Part shown: one piece after another, positions 20,706 to 31,343 of the stretch
Position numbering within the stretch: position 1 is the stretch's first letter
How the letters are laid out: every line of letters starts with the position of its first letter
Assembly: GCA_963827655.1 (NCBI GenBank)
Contig: CAWHCF010000002.1
Coordinates: 168,956 to 232,955, forward strand
Direction: 5' to 3'
DNA: 64,000 nt
Origin: an uncultured Acidobacteriota bacterium
GTDB taxonomy: Bacteria > Acidobacteriota > UBA6911
The notes under the pieces: model-generated
Seen by the model: only the letters and a program-made list of their open reading frames with translations
What the model was told of the DNA's origin: nothing
The model's database searches: none
Position numbers and translations under genes: made by a program

Positions 20706-22799
20706 TTAATAATTCGAAACTTCCAGGGCTTGAGGCAGGCTGTCCGCCTGGCCAAGATTGGTGGAATTTCCGTACAGGTTGTAGATTTTGCGAGTATAGC
20801 TGAAAGCTTCGGGAAGATTCGTCAAACAGACGATCCGTCTGGGTGCAAAGGCTCCTGCCACCTCGGGAATATCAGTAAGCCGCAGGATATTAAGGAGCGC
20901 CGGCCTCTGCCAGTGAGATGAAGGCGGATCGTTGAGAATCACTTGCTTGACCCGCTCGTCGAAGAGACCCGCATAGAGGGCGAGAATGCCCATCTCTCCC
21001 TTGCCATAAATGGAAATCAACGGAGGGGAAATCTTTTCTTCGCCGGTTACCCACTCGATGGCGCGCAAGATATCCCAGATCTGCATGGAAGCTGTGGTCC
21101 TGCCAATCCAGGAGGCGGTTCGTTCAATTTCCGCGTACTGAAAGGCACTCACCGGATGTTCGGTCAAACGGGGGTTCAGGATCAGGACATTAAACCGGCC
21201 CAACAGGGGCAGGAGTTCGTCCAGATCAAGGAAATAGTGGGAATCGCCCGCACGCTTCACATAGATGAGAAGGGGAGAGCTGCCTGAACGAACTCTGGGC
21301 CTCAAGAGTTGAGCCCGGACTCGCACCCCCGACTCGCTGCTAAACTCAACGTCTTTGTAATCGGCGTAACGGGACGCCCATCCACCTCGGTTCTGGCTCA
21401 CTTTGGTCTCGAAAGGCGCTTTCGTACGAGGAAACCAGCGAAAAGTCCGTTCTCTAAGACCCTGCAATAATTCCTGGCGACGGTTATTCCACTCTGCCAG
21501 AGAAGGCCAACTCTTCAGAGTTGCTACAGGAATGAGCTGATTGTGGATACTATAGTTAGTGGCATCCGGGGGCAATTTGGATAGGCAAGCCAGATCTTCC
21601 GGTGTTTCTTTGCCCACGGGTTCCACTTCCGGAGAATCGCTCTCATTCTTCAGCCAACGTTTCATCCACTGGCGTGCTTCCTTAAGAAAGAGCGGAACAT
21701 CGCTATGCCCGACGTCGGCGTCTATTTCCTTAACTCGGTCTGACTCTCCGCGAGTTCCGGCGTAGAGATCATAAACTCCCTTCACCTTTCGAAACACCTC
21801 ATGATAGCCGTCGGGTGGAAAATCCGGGTCCTTCCGACCACTCATCATGATCAATGGACGCGGTGCTATTAACGCACCGACGATGGGAAAATCTTCCAGA
21901 TAAGTATTGTGGAAATATATACAATCGCATTGTCCCGCCGCGACCCAATGGGCAGCCTGTGATCCGAAGGTAAACGTAGAGCAGACCGGAGCCGCTGCCT
22001 GAACTCGTTCATCTACCGCGGCCGTATACCACGTAGTAGCCCCGCCACCAGAAATGCCGGTCATTCCAATCTGCTGTTTATTGACTTCCGGGCGAGCTTC
22101 CAAATAATCCAGGGCGCGTATCGCATTCCATACTTCAGTCCCTGCCGGCGTATATCCCAAAGACAACCAGTGCCACATATTCAAGTCATGGATGCCATGA
22201 TGGATGCCTGCCACTTCGCCGAATTCGAGCGTGTCCAGAATCAGACAGGCATAACCGTTCGAAGCAAACCAGATTGCCCGATCCTGGTAATAGGATTTCG
22301 CCCCTAACGGATGGGGCGAATGGCCACAGACGTAAAGAATCGTAGGTAGAGGATAAGGATGCTTTGTGGGAAGATAAAAATTACCCGTTACATAGAGCCC
22401 CGGCAGGCTCTGGAAGACGATTTTTTCAATGGTGTAATCAGGCCGATTGATTTTCCCTGTGATCCGCGCATTAAGCGGCGTGCGTTTTGGCAGGGGGTCT
22501 AACCCCAGCATGTAAAGCAGCTGCTGACGCAACACGAGTCGCTGCTCCTTCCAGGCTTCCAGGCTCTTGATCTGGGTTAGAGAATGAGTGGAAATCTCGG
22601 CGGCGGTTTCCTTAAGGTAATTGAGAAACAGTCGGTGTCGATTGGCGGCATCTTCCTGAGCCAGGACCAAGGTACACAAGAAGAGACTCATCACAGGAAG
22701 GACCAGGTGCCTGATGGTTGTGGTCTTCATTGCGAATAGCCTGAAATCCAGAGACTCTGCGAGTGTGGCCCGTTTGGGGGTAGAGCCATGGATCATCAA
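20706..22799 (-). CDS. Acetylxylan esterase-like alpha/beta hydrolase with duplicated domain (likely start MKTTT near 22730)
   Basis: FQSLPGLYVTGNFY, GISGGG nucleophile elbow and IAPRPL; a degenerate second hydrolase domain; signal peptide. Confidence 0.82.
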   Translation of the reverse strand: MMIHGSTPKRATLAESLDFRLFAMKTTTIRHLVLPVMSLFLCTLVLAQEDAANRHRLFLNYLKETAAEISTHSLTQIKSLEAWKEQRLVLRQQLLYMLGLDPLPKRTPLNARITGKINRPDYTIEKIVFQSLPGLYVTGNFYLPTKHPYPLPTILYVCGHSPHPLGAKSYYQDRAIWFASNGYACLILDTLEFGEVAGIHHGIHDLNMWHWLSLGYTPAGTEVWNAIRALDYLEARPEVNKQQIGMTGISGGGATTWYTAAVDERVQAAAPVCSTFTFGSQAAHWVAAGQCDCIYFHNTYLEDFPIVGALIAPRPLIMMSGRKDPDFPPDGYHEVFRKVKGVYDLYAGTRGESDRVKEIDADVGHSDVPLFLKEARQWMKRWLKNESDSPEVEPVGKETPEDLACLSKLPPDATNYSIHNQLIPVATLKSWPSLAEWNNRRQELLQGLRERTFRWFPRTKAPFETKVSQNRGGWASRYADYKDVEFSSESGVRVRAQLLRPRVRSGSSPLLIYVKRAGDSHYFLDLDELLPLLGRFNVLILNPRLTEHPVSAFQYAEIERTASWIGRTTASMQIWDILRAIEWVTGEEKISPPLISIYGKGEMGILALYAGLFDERVKQVILNDPPSSHWQRPALLNILRLTDIPEVAGAFAPRRIVCLTNLPEAFSYTRKIYNLYGNSTNLGQADSLPQALEVSNY

Positions 22800-22810
22800 G
22801 GATCAGCTAA

Positions 22811-23185
22811 TTAATTGTCAATGGGGATCCATGGCTTGGTCACTGACGCAATTGAATAGGGAGTGTCGACTGTTGCCGGCACGCGGGCTTCGCGATCAGC
22901 AAAACCAAACCCCTCGCTCCACAGGATTCGACCGCCGCGCGCCACGGCGACGACCAATGATGGAGTCGCCCCGTCGGCCACGATCTTCCGGATCTTCGCG
23001 CGAAAATCTTCAATGTTGAGCTGCTCGCGCTGGCTCGGCGCGAGTGCGACGGCACACGCCAGCAGCAGTCCGAGGGTAACGGTCGCACGCTGAATGATCA
23101 GCCCAACTCCTGGAGAACAGCCCGCCGAACTATGTGGCTCCGAATTGGTCGGCACTAAATTTGTCTTGGGCGCCACCGTCGCCAC
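22811..23185 (-). pseudogene. Truncated serine hydrolase (beta-lactamase-like) N-terminus
   Basis: GFGFADRE and SIASVTK (SxxK), then the ORF ends within a few codons. Confidence 0.75.
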
Positions 23186-23263
23186 CTGGAACGGCGTTCA
23201 ACGGACAATCTGAGGCTGTTGTTTCGCGCCAGCGACATCCTCGTCGGCTGTAGCAATGAAATC

Positions 23264-23920
23264 TTATCTGTGGATGGAGACCCAGCATGGACCATCGTGG
23301 CAGTAGGCAACCTCGCCGGTCGCCAAATCCACTGCTGCCCTTTTGCACTGATTCTCATCCTTATCGATCGTGCTGAAACCCCACATGAGGAGCCTCCCGG
23401 TCAGGTTCTCAAACCCGATGTCGGACCAATTCGGTTGCATTCCCTTTTCGCAGCTTTGGAAAGCTCTCTCTACTTTCAAGCGCGACACAACTTTGGGAAT
23501 AGTAAGTTGGTCAGTCTCTCGAATGGCCAGCCGTACTGCCCGTGCAATGACCTCCTGGTCTGGTTCCCTATCTAGCGGATACTCTCCAAGATCGACACTC
23601 GCTGCTTGGACCAAACGCACCCAGTCCAACACAAACACATAGTCGATCCTGCACCAGACGTAAATGGGACCCTCTACAAGTTGGACGTTCGAGATTTCGA
23701 TCCGCTTGTCAAACATGCCTTCCGACAAACGGTTCCTCGTCAGGAACTGCCTCTTCCATTCCGCAAATACCTTTGCTGGTAAACCTTGCTGGACCGGAAT
23801 GCGCTGTGAAATCCTACCGTTCGCCAGTGCATCGTCAGAGTAACCGGACAAAAACAGGAGCCAAGGAATTAAAGTTAGGCGGGCCAATCTTATCAAAGGG
23901 AAAAAGTCCTTTTCTTTCAC
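23264..23920 (-). CDS. Hypothetical secreted protein
   Basis: 218-aa ORF with N-terminal hydrophobic segment and C-terminal cysteines; no recognised motif. Confidence 0.6.
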   Translation of the reverse strand: MKEKDFFPLIRLARLTLIPWLLFLSGYSDDALANGRISQRIPVQQGLPAKVFAEWKRQFLTRNRLSEGMFDKRIEISNVQLVEGPIYVWCRIDYVFVLDWVRLVQAASVDLGEYPLDREPDQEVIARAVRLAIRETDQLTIPKVVSRLKVERAFQSCEKGMQPNWSDIGFENLTGRLLMWGFSTIDKDENQCKRAAVDLATGEVAYCHDGPCWVSIHR

Positions 23921-24159
23921 CGACGCTTAGTCAGTTTCTTTTCGTTTCGACACTCGCCTGAATTGGACACCAAGCTACGCAGTTTTGTTTCGTTCAGTGA
24001 CCGGTTCAGAGGTCGATGGTTGTAAGGTCGAAAAACTCGATCCCCTTAGACATCATTGCTCGGTAGCACTCAAGGGCAGTTGGGCTGGGTGTCTCCGTGC
24101 TATAGTGCTCCCGTGAGAAAAAGTGATTTCCTATCTATTCTGTCCAGTTCACTCGCCCC

Positions 24160-25371
24160 ATGAATACTCCCCATCTTGCCTGTTTCCTCTTCGCTCTCTT
24201 GCTCGCTGCGCCGGTCATCGTATTTTCCCAGTCCGCTCTCGATCAACAACTGCGCGCCGCCATCGAGCGCAAGGACGTGCCGGGCGTGGTTGTGATCGCG
24301 GGCGACCGCAAGGGCGTCATGTACCAAGGCGCGTTCGGCATGGCGGAGACCGACGCCGGGCGGGCGATGACGGCCGATGCGATCTTCCGCATCGCCTCGA
24401 TGACGAAGGCGGTCACTGCCGTCGCCGCGATGCAACTCATCGAGGAGCGCAAACTCGCGCTCGACGATCCCGCCGCGAATTACCTGCCCGAGCTGGCGAA
24501 CCCGATGGTGTTCGAGTCGTTCGACGCCGCGACCGGTGCCTACAAGCTGCGGCCCGCCGCCTCGGCGATCACGGTGCGGCAGCTCTTCACTCATACCTCG
24601 GGGCTCGGCTATCCGTTCACGAGCGCGGTGCTCAACAAATTCAAGCCACGCGAGGGCGAAACCTATCCCGCCGGTCCGCTGCTCTTCGATCCGGGCACGG
24701 ACTGGATCTACGGCACGAGCACCGATCAGCTCGGCAAAATCGTGGAGAAACTCTCGGGTAAGAACCTCGAAGCATATTTTCGCGAGCGCATCTTCGGCCC
24801 GCTCGGCATGAACGACACCGGCTACAACGTCCCCGCCGAAAAACACGCGCGCATCGTGAATGTCCACCGCCGCGGCGCCGATGGCGCGCTCGCCGAGCAG
24901 CCGCGCAACCCGCCCCAAACCGCGACGCGCTTCAACGGCGGCGGCGGGCTCTACTCGACGGCGGGTGACTACCTGCGTTTTCTCCAAATGCTGCTCAACG
25001 GCGGCGAATTCGGCGGCGCGCGCGTCCTTTCGCGCGAGTCGGTCGCGCTCATGGGCCAGAATCACATCGGCGCCGTGGGCGTACGCGCGGCGAAATCGAC
25101 TCAGCCGAACCTGAGCAGCGATTTTACCTTCGTCGACGACGGTCGCGACAAGTGGGGCCTCGGTTTCCAGATCACCACGGCCGCGGTCGCCGGCAAGCGC
25201 TCGCCCGGCAGCCTGAGCTGGGGCGGCATCAACAACACGTTCTTCTGGCTCGATCCCTCACGCGGCGTGGCCGGCGTGGTCATGATGCAGTTCTTGCCGT
25301 TTGCGGATACGAAGGCGCTGGGGGTTTACGATGCGTTTGAGCGCGGCGTCTATCAACTGCTCGGCAAGTGA
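24160..25371 (+). CDS. Serine hydrolase (class C beta-lactamase-like)
   Basis: IFRIASMTK, LFTHTSG, PLLFDPG, GGGGLYST and WGG motifs; signal peptide. Confidence 0.92.
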   Translation: MNTPHLACFLFALLLAAPVIVFSQSALDQQLRAAIERKDVPGVVVIAGDRKGVMYQGAFGMAETDAGRAMTADAIFRIASMTKAVTAVAAMQLIEERKLALDDPAANYLPELANPMVFESFDAATGAYKLRPAASAITVRQLFTHTSGLGYPFTSAVLNKFKPREGETYPAGPLLFDPGTDWIYGTSTDQLGKIVEKLSGKNLEAYFRERIFGPLGMNDTGYNVPAEKHARIVNVHRRGADGALAEQPRNPPQTATRFNGGGGLYSTAGDYLRFLQMLLNGGEFGGARVLSRESVALMGQNHIGAVGVRAAKSTQPNLSSDFTFVDDGRDKWGLGFQITTAAVAGKRSPGSLSWGGINNTFFWLDPSRGVAGVVMMQFLPFADTKALGVYDAFERGVYQLLGK

Positions 25372-25621
25372 GCGTCTTCGCGGGGTTGATGTCTCTAAAC
25401 CATCGGACAATCCGCGCATCGCCATGCGCGCGCCAGGGACCTCGACCGAGTCCCCGCCAACGCCATGGTCAACGTGGCCTGGCGCAACGGACCCGTGGAG
25501 GACGTTCACGCCGAACTGGCGTGCGACTACCTGGTAACCCAGCGGCGGGTGGCTACGCCCTGGCCTCGATGTGGCTGATCACCCGGTCGGACTGGAGAGT
25601 TTTGATAAGGAGGAGTTTAAG

Positions 25622-27310
25622 ATGACGAATGCGATCACAAGCGTCCCCCACAGTGCGCCAGAGTGGAAGAACTGGAGCGGGAACCTCGTCCATAATTCGA
25701 TCAATGGGGAGACCTACTACTACGCGCCGAGGAACCCGGCCGAGTTGAAGACCGTACTAGAGAATGCCGCGAAAAATGGTGTGATCGTTCGGGTTTCCGG
25801 ACAGCGGCACTCACAATCGCCACTGGTCGTGGACGACAATCGGGGCGGGTCGCCTACGACCGCGAAGACCTGGCTCGTCGACCTATCCTGCTATGCGGAC
25901 CTGGGAGCCAGCCGGAACGAACGCATTGTGCTAGGACCGGGAGCAAGGCAGGTTACGGTGAATACCGGTGTGCGCGAGGACGAACTGGACGCGTTCCTGA
26001 CCGTTCATAATCTGATGCTGAAAACAGTCACGGCCGGAGGGTTCTTCAGTCTCGGTGGCATGACCGCGGTCGACGTGCATGGCGGCACGATGGACGCGCC
26101 GATTTTCGCTGAGACGGTGTCGGCGTTCATGATCGTACGAGCCGACGGCTCCGAGATGACGATCGACGCGCAGTCGCCGGCTATGGGCAAATGGTCGCCT
26201 TTGCAGTTCGCTCGGGTATCGATGGGCGGACTGGGCATCGTGACGTCGGTCACAATCGATGTCATGGACCGCCCGTGGGCGACGACGCTTCAGGGGGGCA
26301 CCGAGCGATTAGGACTTGCTGACAAGTCGGCCTTCGTGAAGACATTTCAGACGCTATTGAGGGACCACACTCGGTTGGAGACGTTCTTCACCCCTTACGC
26401 CACTGACCATGTAGGGAGCCCTTTGTATGCCAAGAACTTCCTCGCGCTGTGGTGGGATGTGGTAAAAGATCCATCTCAGAAGATTCCGAACGGGCCACCG
26501 AACCCTGATCCCCCAAATGCATGTATCCTTGCCAGCAAACAGCCACCAGAATACGGCGCGCCTTATCTGGAGGGATTCGCCCAATACGGTGCCGACGTAG
26601 CCCAACGGGCACAGTATGCAGTAAGCCCAGGCAATAGTTTATCTGGTGCCATTCAAGATGGCATCGACAATCCTGCTATTATCTCAGCAATCACCTTCGA
26701 CGTGATCGAGCGGGAAATTGCTACGGCCAACAAGTCGCATTCGGACTTGTGGTTGACAGGTGCGGTGCGCGTCATTTTCATGTCGTATTACATTCCGCTC
26801 CCCGGACTCGACGAGGCAGGGCTCGGCAAAGTGTGGGACGGCTTGGATGCCGTTTCCCAGATCGTCACGAAAGACCGCCACTTCCACATCGCAGCACCGA
26901 TGGAGTTCCGCTTCGTCAAGGGCGGCAACTCGGCCATGTCGGCGACATTCACAGAGGATCCCGAGCACACTTGGTTCGTCAACTTAGACATGATCGGTTT
27001 CGTGGAGAAGGATCGAAAGGCGGCCGATTATCCCGCTGCGCTGCTGCAGTTCTTCGCCGACGTCGAGCGGAAGTGGGTCGAAATGGGCGGCTTTCCACAT
27101 AACGGCAAGATGTATGGTTTCTACGACCCAACCGCGGCTCCGACTACCTCCGCAACGGCGCCTTTCAACCCGAACTTCCTGGCCGACCTCCGCCGGCGCC
27201 GCGGCGCACGCCTGGAGTCCTTCAACGCCTACCGCAACAGACTCGATCCGAATGGCCTCTTCTACAACGGCTTTCTGCGCGCTTTGCTGGAAGGTCTGGG
27301 AAACAAATAG
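25622..27310 (+). CDS. FAD-linked oxidase (aldonolactone oxidase/GULO-like)
   Basis: RBS AAGGAGG; WKNWSGN, GQRHS (His for covalent flavin), GGLGIVT and PHNGK motifs. Confidence 0.82.
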   Translation: MTNAITSVPHSAPEWKNWSGNLVHNSINGETYYYAPRNPAELKTVLENAAKNGVIVRVSGQRHSQSPLVVDDNRGGSPTTAKTWLVDLSCYADLGASRNERIVLGPGARQVTVNTGVREDELDAFLTVHNLMLKTVTAGGFFSLGGMTAVDVHGGTMDAPIFAETVSAFMIVRADGSEMTIDAQSPAMGKWSPLQFARVSMGGLGIVTSVTIDVMDRPWATTLQGGTERLGLADKSAFVKTFQTLLRDHTRLETFFTPYATDHVGSPLYAKNFLALWWDVVKDPSQKIPNGPPNPDPPNACILASKQPPEYGAPYLEGFAQYGADVAQRAQYAVSPGNSLSGAIQDGIDNPAIISAITFDVIEREIATANKSHSDLWLTGAVRVIFMSYYIPLPGLDEAGLGKVWDGLDAVSQIVTKDRHFHIAAPMEFRFVKGGNSAMSATFTEDPEHTWFVNLDMIGFVEKDRKAADYPAALLQFFADVERKWVEMGGFPHNGKMYGFYDPTAAPTTSATAPFNPNFLADLRRRRGARLESFNAYRNRLDPNGLFYNGFLRALLEGLGNK

Positions 27311-27581
27311 TCCGGCACGTCCTCGCTGAACGCGGTGACCTTGTAGCCCTGTGGATGTCCGGGCGAATGTAGACATGACCGGCCGGCCCGGCGATGGTGA
27401 TGATGGCGGCGGCGTCGTGCCAGCGGCTGCCGATGGACGAGTTTCAGGTCATATCGATCGCGCAGTATTGTCGCGGACTGTTTCAAACGCCAATAGCGGC
27501 ATGAAGCTCCGCAGTCGTGAGCGTCAGGCAAGCGAATAGGACTGAGTAATTTGCTCAACGCGTCAGACGAACACGTTACCC

Positions 27582-27699
27582 TTTGAATAGCCCGGTTTGA
27601 ATTTGCTTGCCGCGTTTGAAGCTCAGAAAATCCAAGGATTGCGACAATTCGTCCTGGACCCGTGGATGATGACGGCAAATTCGGAATTCGCCAGGGACA
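27582..27699 (+). repeat. Dispersed ~120-bp repeat, copy A (probable mobile-element terminus)
   Basis: TTTGAATAGCCCGGTTTGAATTTG...GGAATTCGCCAGGGACA; inverted homologue at 42591-42713. Confidence 0.75.
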
Positions 27700-27725
27700 G
27701 GGTGGGACCCCGGCCCTTGCGCCGG

Positions 27726-28475
27726 CTATTCGGGCGCGTCGACGGCGGCCGCCCCGTCGATCCGGTACTTCACGTCACGCGAGACCATGGTGTGGGGGCC
27801 AACGATCCGGACGCTGACGGTGACTTCCGACGCGGTCTGCAGCCACATGCCGCCGACCTCGCCATAGCGAAAGGCGATGCGGACGTCTCGCAGCCACCAC
27901 GAGGGGGACTTCGCGGGCTCCCCCTCGCTGCGCCGGACGAGGTAGGTCGTGGCATCGACCCAGACGCGGCCGCGCAGGAGGTTGTGGTCCTTGCGCCGCG
28001 GGAGCAACTCGAGCAGATAGCAGCGGACGCCGGCGTCGTCTTCCTCGCGCACGAAACGGACGGCGTAGTTGGCGTCCGAGAGGTCGGTGGCGGCGTGCTG
28101 GCGGGTGATCTCGGCCTCGCTCTCCAGCATGCGGCGGACGACCCGCTCGCCGAGTCCCGCGCCGCTGCTCCGCCGGATGGTGTACTGCTTGGAGTCGGGC
28201 GGGACGAAGGCAACGTCGGACGTCACCCGTGACTTCGCGCGGTCCCGCTCCCTGCCAAAAAGCTCGTAGTCCCGGGTTACGACGTAGGGGCGGAAGCGGG
28301 CCCGGTTCAGGGCGCGGGCCTCGGCCATCCGCGCCATGATCGTCGCCACCGGCGGCACCGGCCTACCGGGCTCGGCTGAAGCGGCGGCCACGATCGCCAT
28401 CGCGTAGAGACAGGTGAGCCGCGCTATCGGCCGCCGCAACGGCCCCTGCTCCTCGCCGGATCTCTTTCCGGGCAT
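27726..28475 (-). CDS. Hypothetical secreted protein (LolA/outer-membrane-sorting-like); true start may be near 28400
   Basis: CYLLELLPRRK, GRVWVDATTY and EGEPAKSPSWW; very high GC. Confidence 0.65.
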   Translation of the reverse strand: MPGKRSGEEQGPLRRPIARLTCLYAMAIVAAASAEPGRPVPPVATIMARMAEARALNRARFRPYVVTRDYELFGRERDRAKSRVTSDVAFVPPDSKQYTIRRSSGAGLGERVVRRMLESEAEITRQHAATDLSDANYAVRFVREEDDAGVRCYLLELLPRRKDHNLLRGRVWVDATTYLVRRSEGEPAKSPSWWLRDVRIAFRYGEVGGMWLQTASEVTVSVRIVGPHTMVSRDVKYRIDGAAAVDAPE

Positions 28476-28693
28476 TGCCTCTCCCCTCCTGAAGCGACCT
28501 CACTCGCCGCCGCGGGTCTCGTTCACCGCGTGCAGCTTGGCCCAGCTGAAAGACCCGCGCCACGACAGGATCACGTCACGGACCCGCCAGGCGACAAATG
28601 GTCCGGCCCAGTCGCGGTCGAATCTCTTTCATTGCTGGAGGAGCCGCGGAGGACCGCATGCGAGGACACGCAAGCGGGGCACAAGTTGGCGTG

Positions 28694-28907
28694 CTCACAG
28701 GGCGCTCAAATTCGGAGGTGAGGTTAGGACGCCAGCTATGCAAGCCGGGCTGACCACTCGACGGCTGAGGTTAAGAGAGATCTTCCCGTCGGCGATGGTT
28801 CTCTGGGTATCGGAGAAAGTCATGTTCGGACAACCGACCGTCTTGGTCGTTGTCGATGCTACGCCGATGCCTCTTGCGGCATAGCAACAATTGATGACGG
28901 AAGCACC
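28694..28907 (+). mobile_element. IS1-family element 3' remnant with right terminal IR
   Basis: HRALKFGGEVRTPAMQAGL, as at ~51465-51520; ends in GCAACAATTGATGACGGAAGCACC. Confidence 0.8.
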
Positions 28908-29033
28908 TCCTCCGGCGTGCTTTGAACAGTTTCAATGCCAGGTCGGCTCCGTGACACTTCGCGGCCTTGAGCCCTAAATGTTCTGACAGCCACGAGACAG
29001 CTACTCCGACCCGTTTGTTCGCAGCCTGAGACG

Positions 29034-30028
29034 TTATGGAATGTTGGCCTGCGCCGCACAGCTTTGGATCGCGCCCTTCTGCTGACCAGTGATAATCCCG
29101 ACTTTCTTCAGCTGATTGGTCAAATGGGAGACACAACTCACGAACTTGCCGTGATTGCGGGCGCCCTCGGCGCATGCCACAATCAGGTCAGAGATCGTGC
29201 CCCCGCCGGGGAACACGGCATTGGGTACGCCGGAATCGCAGCCATCAATGACGACGCTACCGCTTAAGCCGGTCAAGCCCGCAATGCGAATACCCGTGTT
29301 GAACAGCAACGTCTTACCCCCTGTGAGGGGGTCAATGATGAACAGGTCTCCCGTTGGCGATCCGCCATAGAGCGTACCAGCGGCGGCATCAAACCAGATA
29401 TCGGATATGACGTTCGTGGCTACGCCAATCGGCGTATGCTGACCAGTGATGACATCGATTTGGATCAGATCTTCGGTTCGTCCATCCGCATTCCCTCGGG
29501 AACCGAACAGTTGGTTAGTCGCATCAAAAGCAAGACCTGCTACAAAACTGTTGCCACTGCCGGACATAGCAATGTTGCTCAAGATGTTTGCGTTTGCTGG
29601 ATCAATGGCGAGCAAGCGCCCGGTGCTTCCGTCCCAGCTTCCACCATAGAGGGTTCCCCCGGCATCAAACGCCAGGGCATCCACACCTTGGATGCCAGAC
29701 AGCGCACCGATAAACGTAGCCGTCCCATTGCTCGAGTTAATCGTATACAAGAAAGATGGCCCTGAGGAACCGCCGTCCGCGGTGTACAGGACTCTGTTAC
29801 CGTCGAAAGCGAGGGCCCCCAATCTACTGAGTCCGGTATTGCCAATGAGCGTCACCGTTTGCGCAACGGGGTCTATGGTGTAGAGACGTCCACCGCCATT
29901 GCTGTTTGCATCTCCTGTAGAAGCGTACAAGAGCGGCCCAGCCCAGCCCACGCTCCTCTACCGCCACCGACCAGTAGTACGAGTACCACGACACCCGATG
30001 CCGATAACAATACGCGTCGCGGCAACAT
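29034..30028 (-). CDS. Secreted beta-propeller-like protein, frameshifted in a (GCCCA)3 tract at 29936-29950
   Basis: RBS AAGGAGG, ATG 30028 and a signal peptide; repeated LYTIDP/LAFD..G.LYG units; C-terminal NHGKFVSCV..QSCAA domain. Confidence 0.78.
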
Positions 30029-30075
30029 ACGATGTCCTCCTTGACGCTGTTAGAAGCCTGTTGCAACCATGGCGC

Positions 30076-30282
30076 GGTGCTTCCGCCATCGACTGTTGGT
30101 AGCTCGATCGCAACTCCTGTGCATAGTATCATCTGAGACTCAATTCAAAACTATCAGTTCCTCATGGTCCAGTATCAATGAAGAGTCTCAGCTGTCCAAA
30201 CGGGGGTTGAGCGTACGGTAGTGTTAAGTGTTGCTGGGATCGACTTAACTTTTTTTGAGGCAGGATATTACAGATGAATTTG
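30076..30282 (+). mobile_element. Degenerate IS1-family left-end remnants
   Basis: GGTGCTTCCGCCATCGACTGTTG at 30076 resembles the IR; 30226-30281 matches 41069-41124. Confidence 0.55.
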
Positions 30283-30472
30283 CCTTCAGCAATTCTAGTT
30301 CGTTGTTATCGCCAGTTTTGGCGCATTTCGGAGTGGTTTTCTCACATGGACTCTCACACGGAACCGACGATCTGGAGTCGGACTCAAGTCAAACGGATCG
30401 AGGCTCGCTTCGGTCCATATGAGTTCAGAGAGTAATAGCTATTCTGTCCCCATCAAGGCCTGCATGCAATGC

Positions 30473-30793
30473 TTATGGTGGCAAGACCAGTTCGCGAAAG
30501 TCCCCGGAGCCGAGTGAGCTGACCGCGGCCACTACTTCGGACAGATGACGCTGAATCCGGGGCCAGCTGGTGGTCGGGAGCACCAAAATGGCGATTTTTC
30601 TCCCGATTAGGTTTCGTTGATAGGACAGGCTTTGATCAGTTGTTATGAAGATATCAAACCCTGCTTCGGCCAATTCTAATAACTCGCCGTTCTCCAGCTT
30701 TGCCCAGCCCATCTCATAGGCGGTGGTGACCCGATGGCCAACCAACACATGGCGCAAGGGCGCCGGCGTTCCTTGATCGAAGAGTATCCGCAT
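30473..30793 (-). CDS. DUF5615 PIN-like toxin
   Basis: MRILFDQGTP, GWAKLENGELL and FITTDQ; lies downstream of a DUF433 gene. Confidence 0.82.
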   Translation of the reverse strand: MRILFDQGTPAPLRHVLVGHRVTTAYEMGWAKLENGELLELAEAGFDIFITTDQSLSYQRNLIGRKIAILVLPTTSWPRIQRHLSEVVAAVSSLGSGDFRELVLPP

Positions 30794-30820
30794 GCTTTCC
30801 CGCAACCGGTTTAGGCGCCG

Positions 30821-31039
30821 TCAAGCTTCAAGCAGGCTGCGCTCCGCGTGCGCAAGTACTGCCTCGACCTGTTCGCGTGTCACACCGGGAAACCACTCTA
30901 GAAAATCATCCACCCGCGCTCCATCTTCTAAGTTTTCGAAGAGCGCCTTCACGGGCACACGCGTTCCTTTGAACACCCATGCGCCGTTGAGCTTCCCCGG
31001 CACACGTTCCACACTCGGGCACTGACTCCAATCAAGCAT
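30821..31039 (-). CDS. DUF433 antitoxin
   Basis: GAWVFKGTRVPV..LFENL..G..VDDFLEWFP motif. Confidence 0.88.
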   Translation of the reverse strand: MLDWSQCPSVERVPGKLNGAWVFKGTRVPVKALFENLEDGARVDDFLEWFPGVTREQVEAVLAHAERSLLEA

Positions 31040-31148
31040 GGTTCAAGAGTATGACAGCTACCGCATCTCGACAAGGGACAAACTCGTTCTCGACATCCGG
31101 CAATGACGAGTAGGACGCGCGAGAAGCGGGTCCGGATGGACTCGGGGC

Positions 31149-31343
31149 GGGATTGTCAACTTACCGCGATCATGATCTGATGAGGCGGATGAATACTTCG
31201 CCTTGTGTCCTATCTGCCGGTCTCTACAAAGGCCATCGCTTTCCCGCCGAGATCATCAGCCACTGCGTCTGGTTGTATTTTCGATTCTGCCTGAGTTACC
31301 GCGACGTGGAGGAGATGATGGCCGAGCGCGGCATTGCGGTCAT
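31149..31343 (+). mobile_element. IS6-family left end with transposase N-terminal fragment
   Basis: IR GGGATTGTCAACTT; YKGHRFPAEIISHCVWLYFRFCLSYRDVEEMMAERG, then unrelated sequence. Confidence 0.88.
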
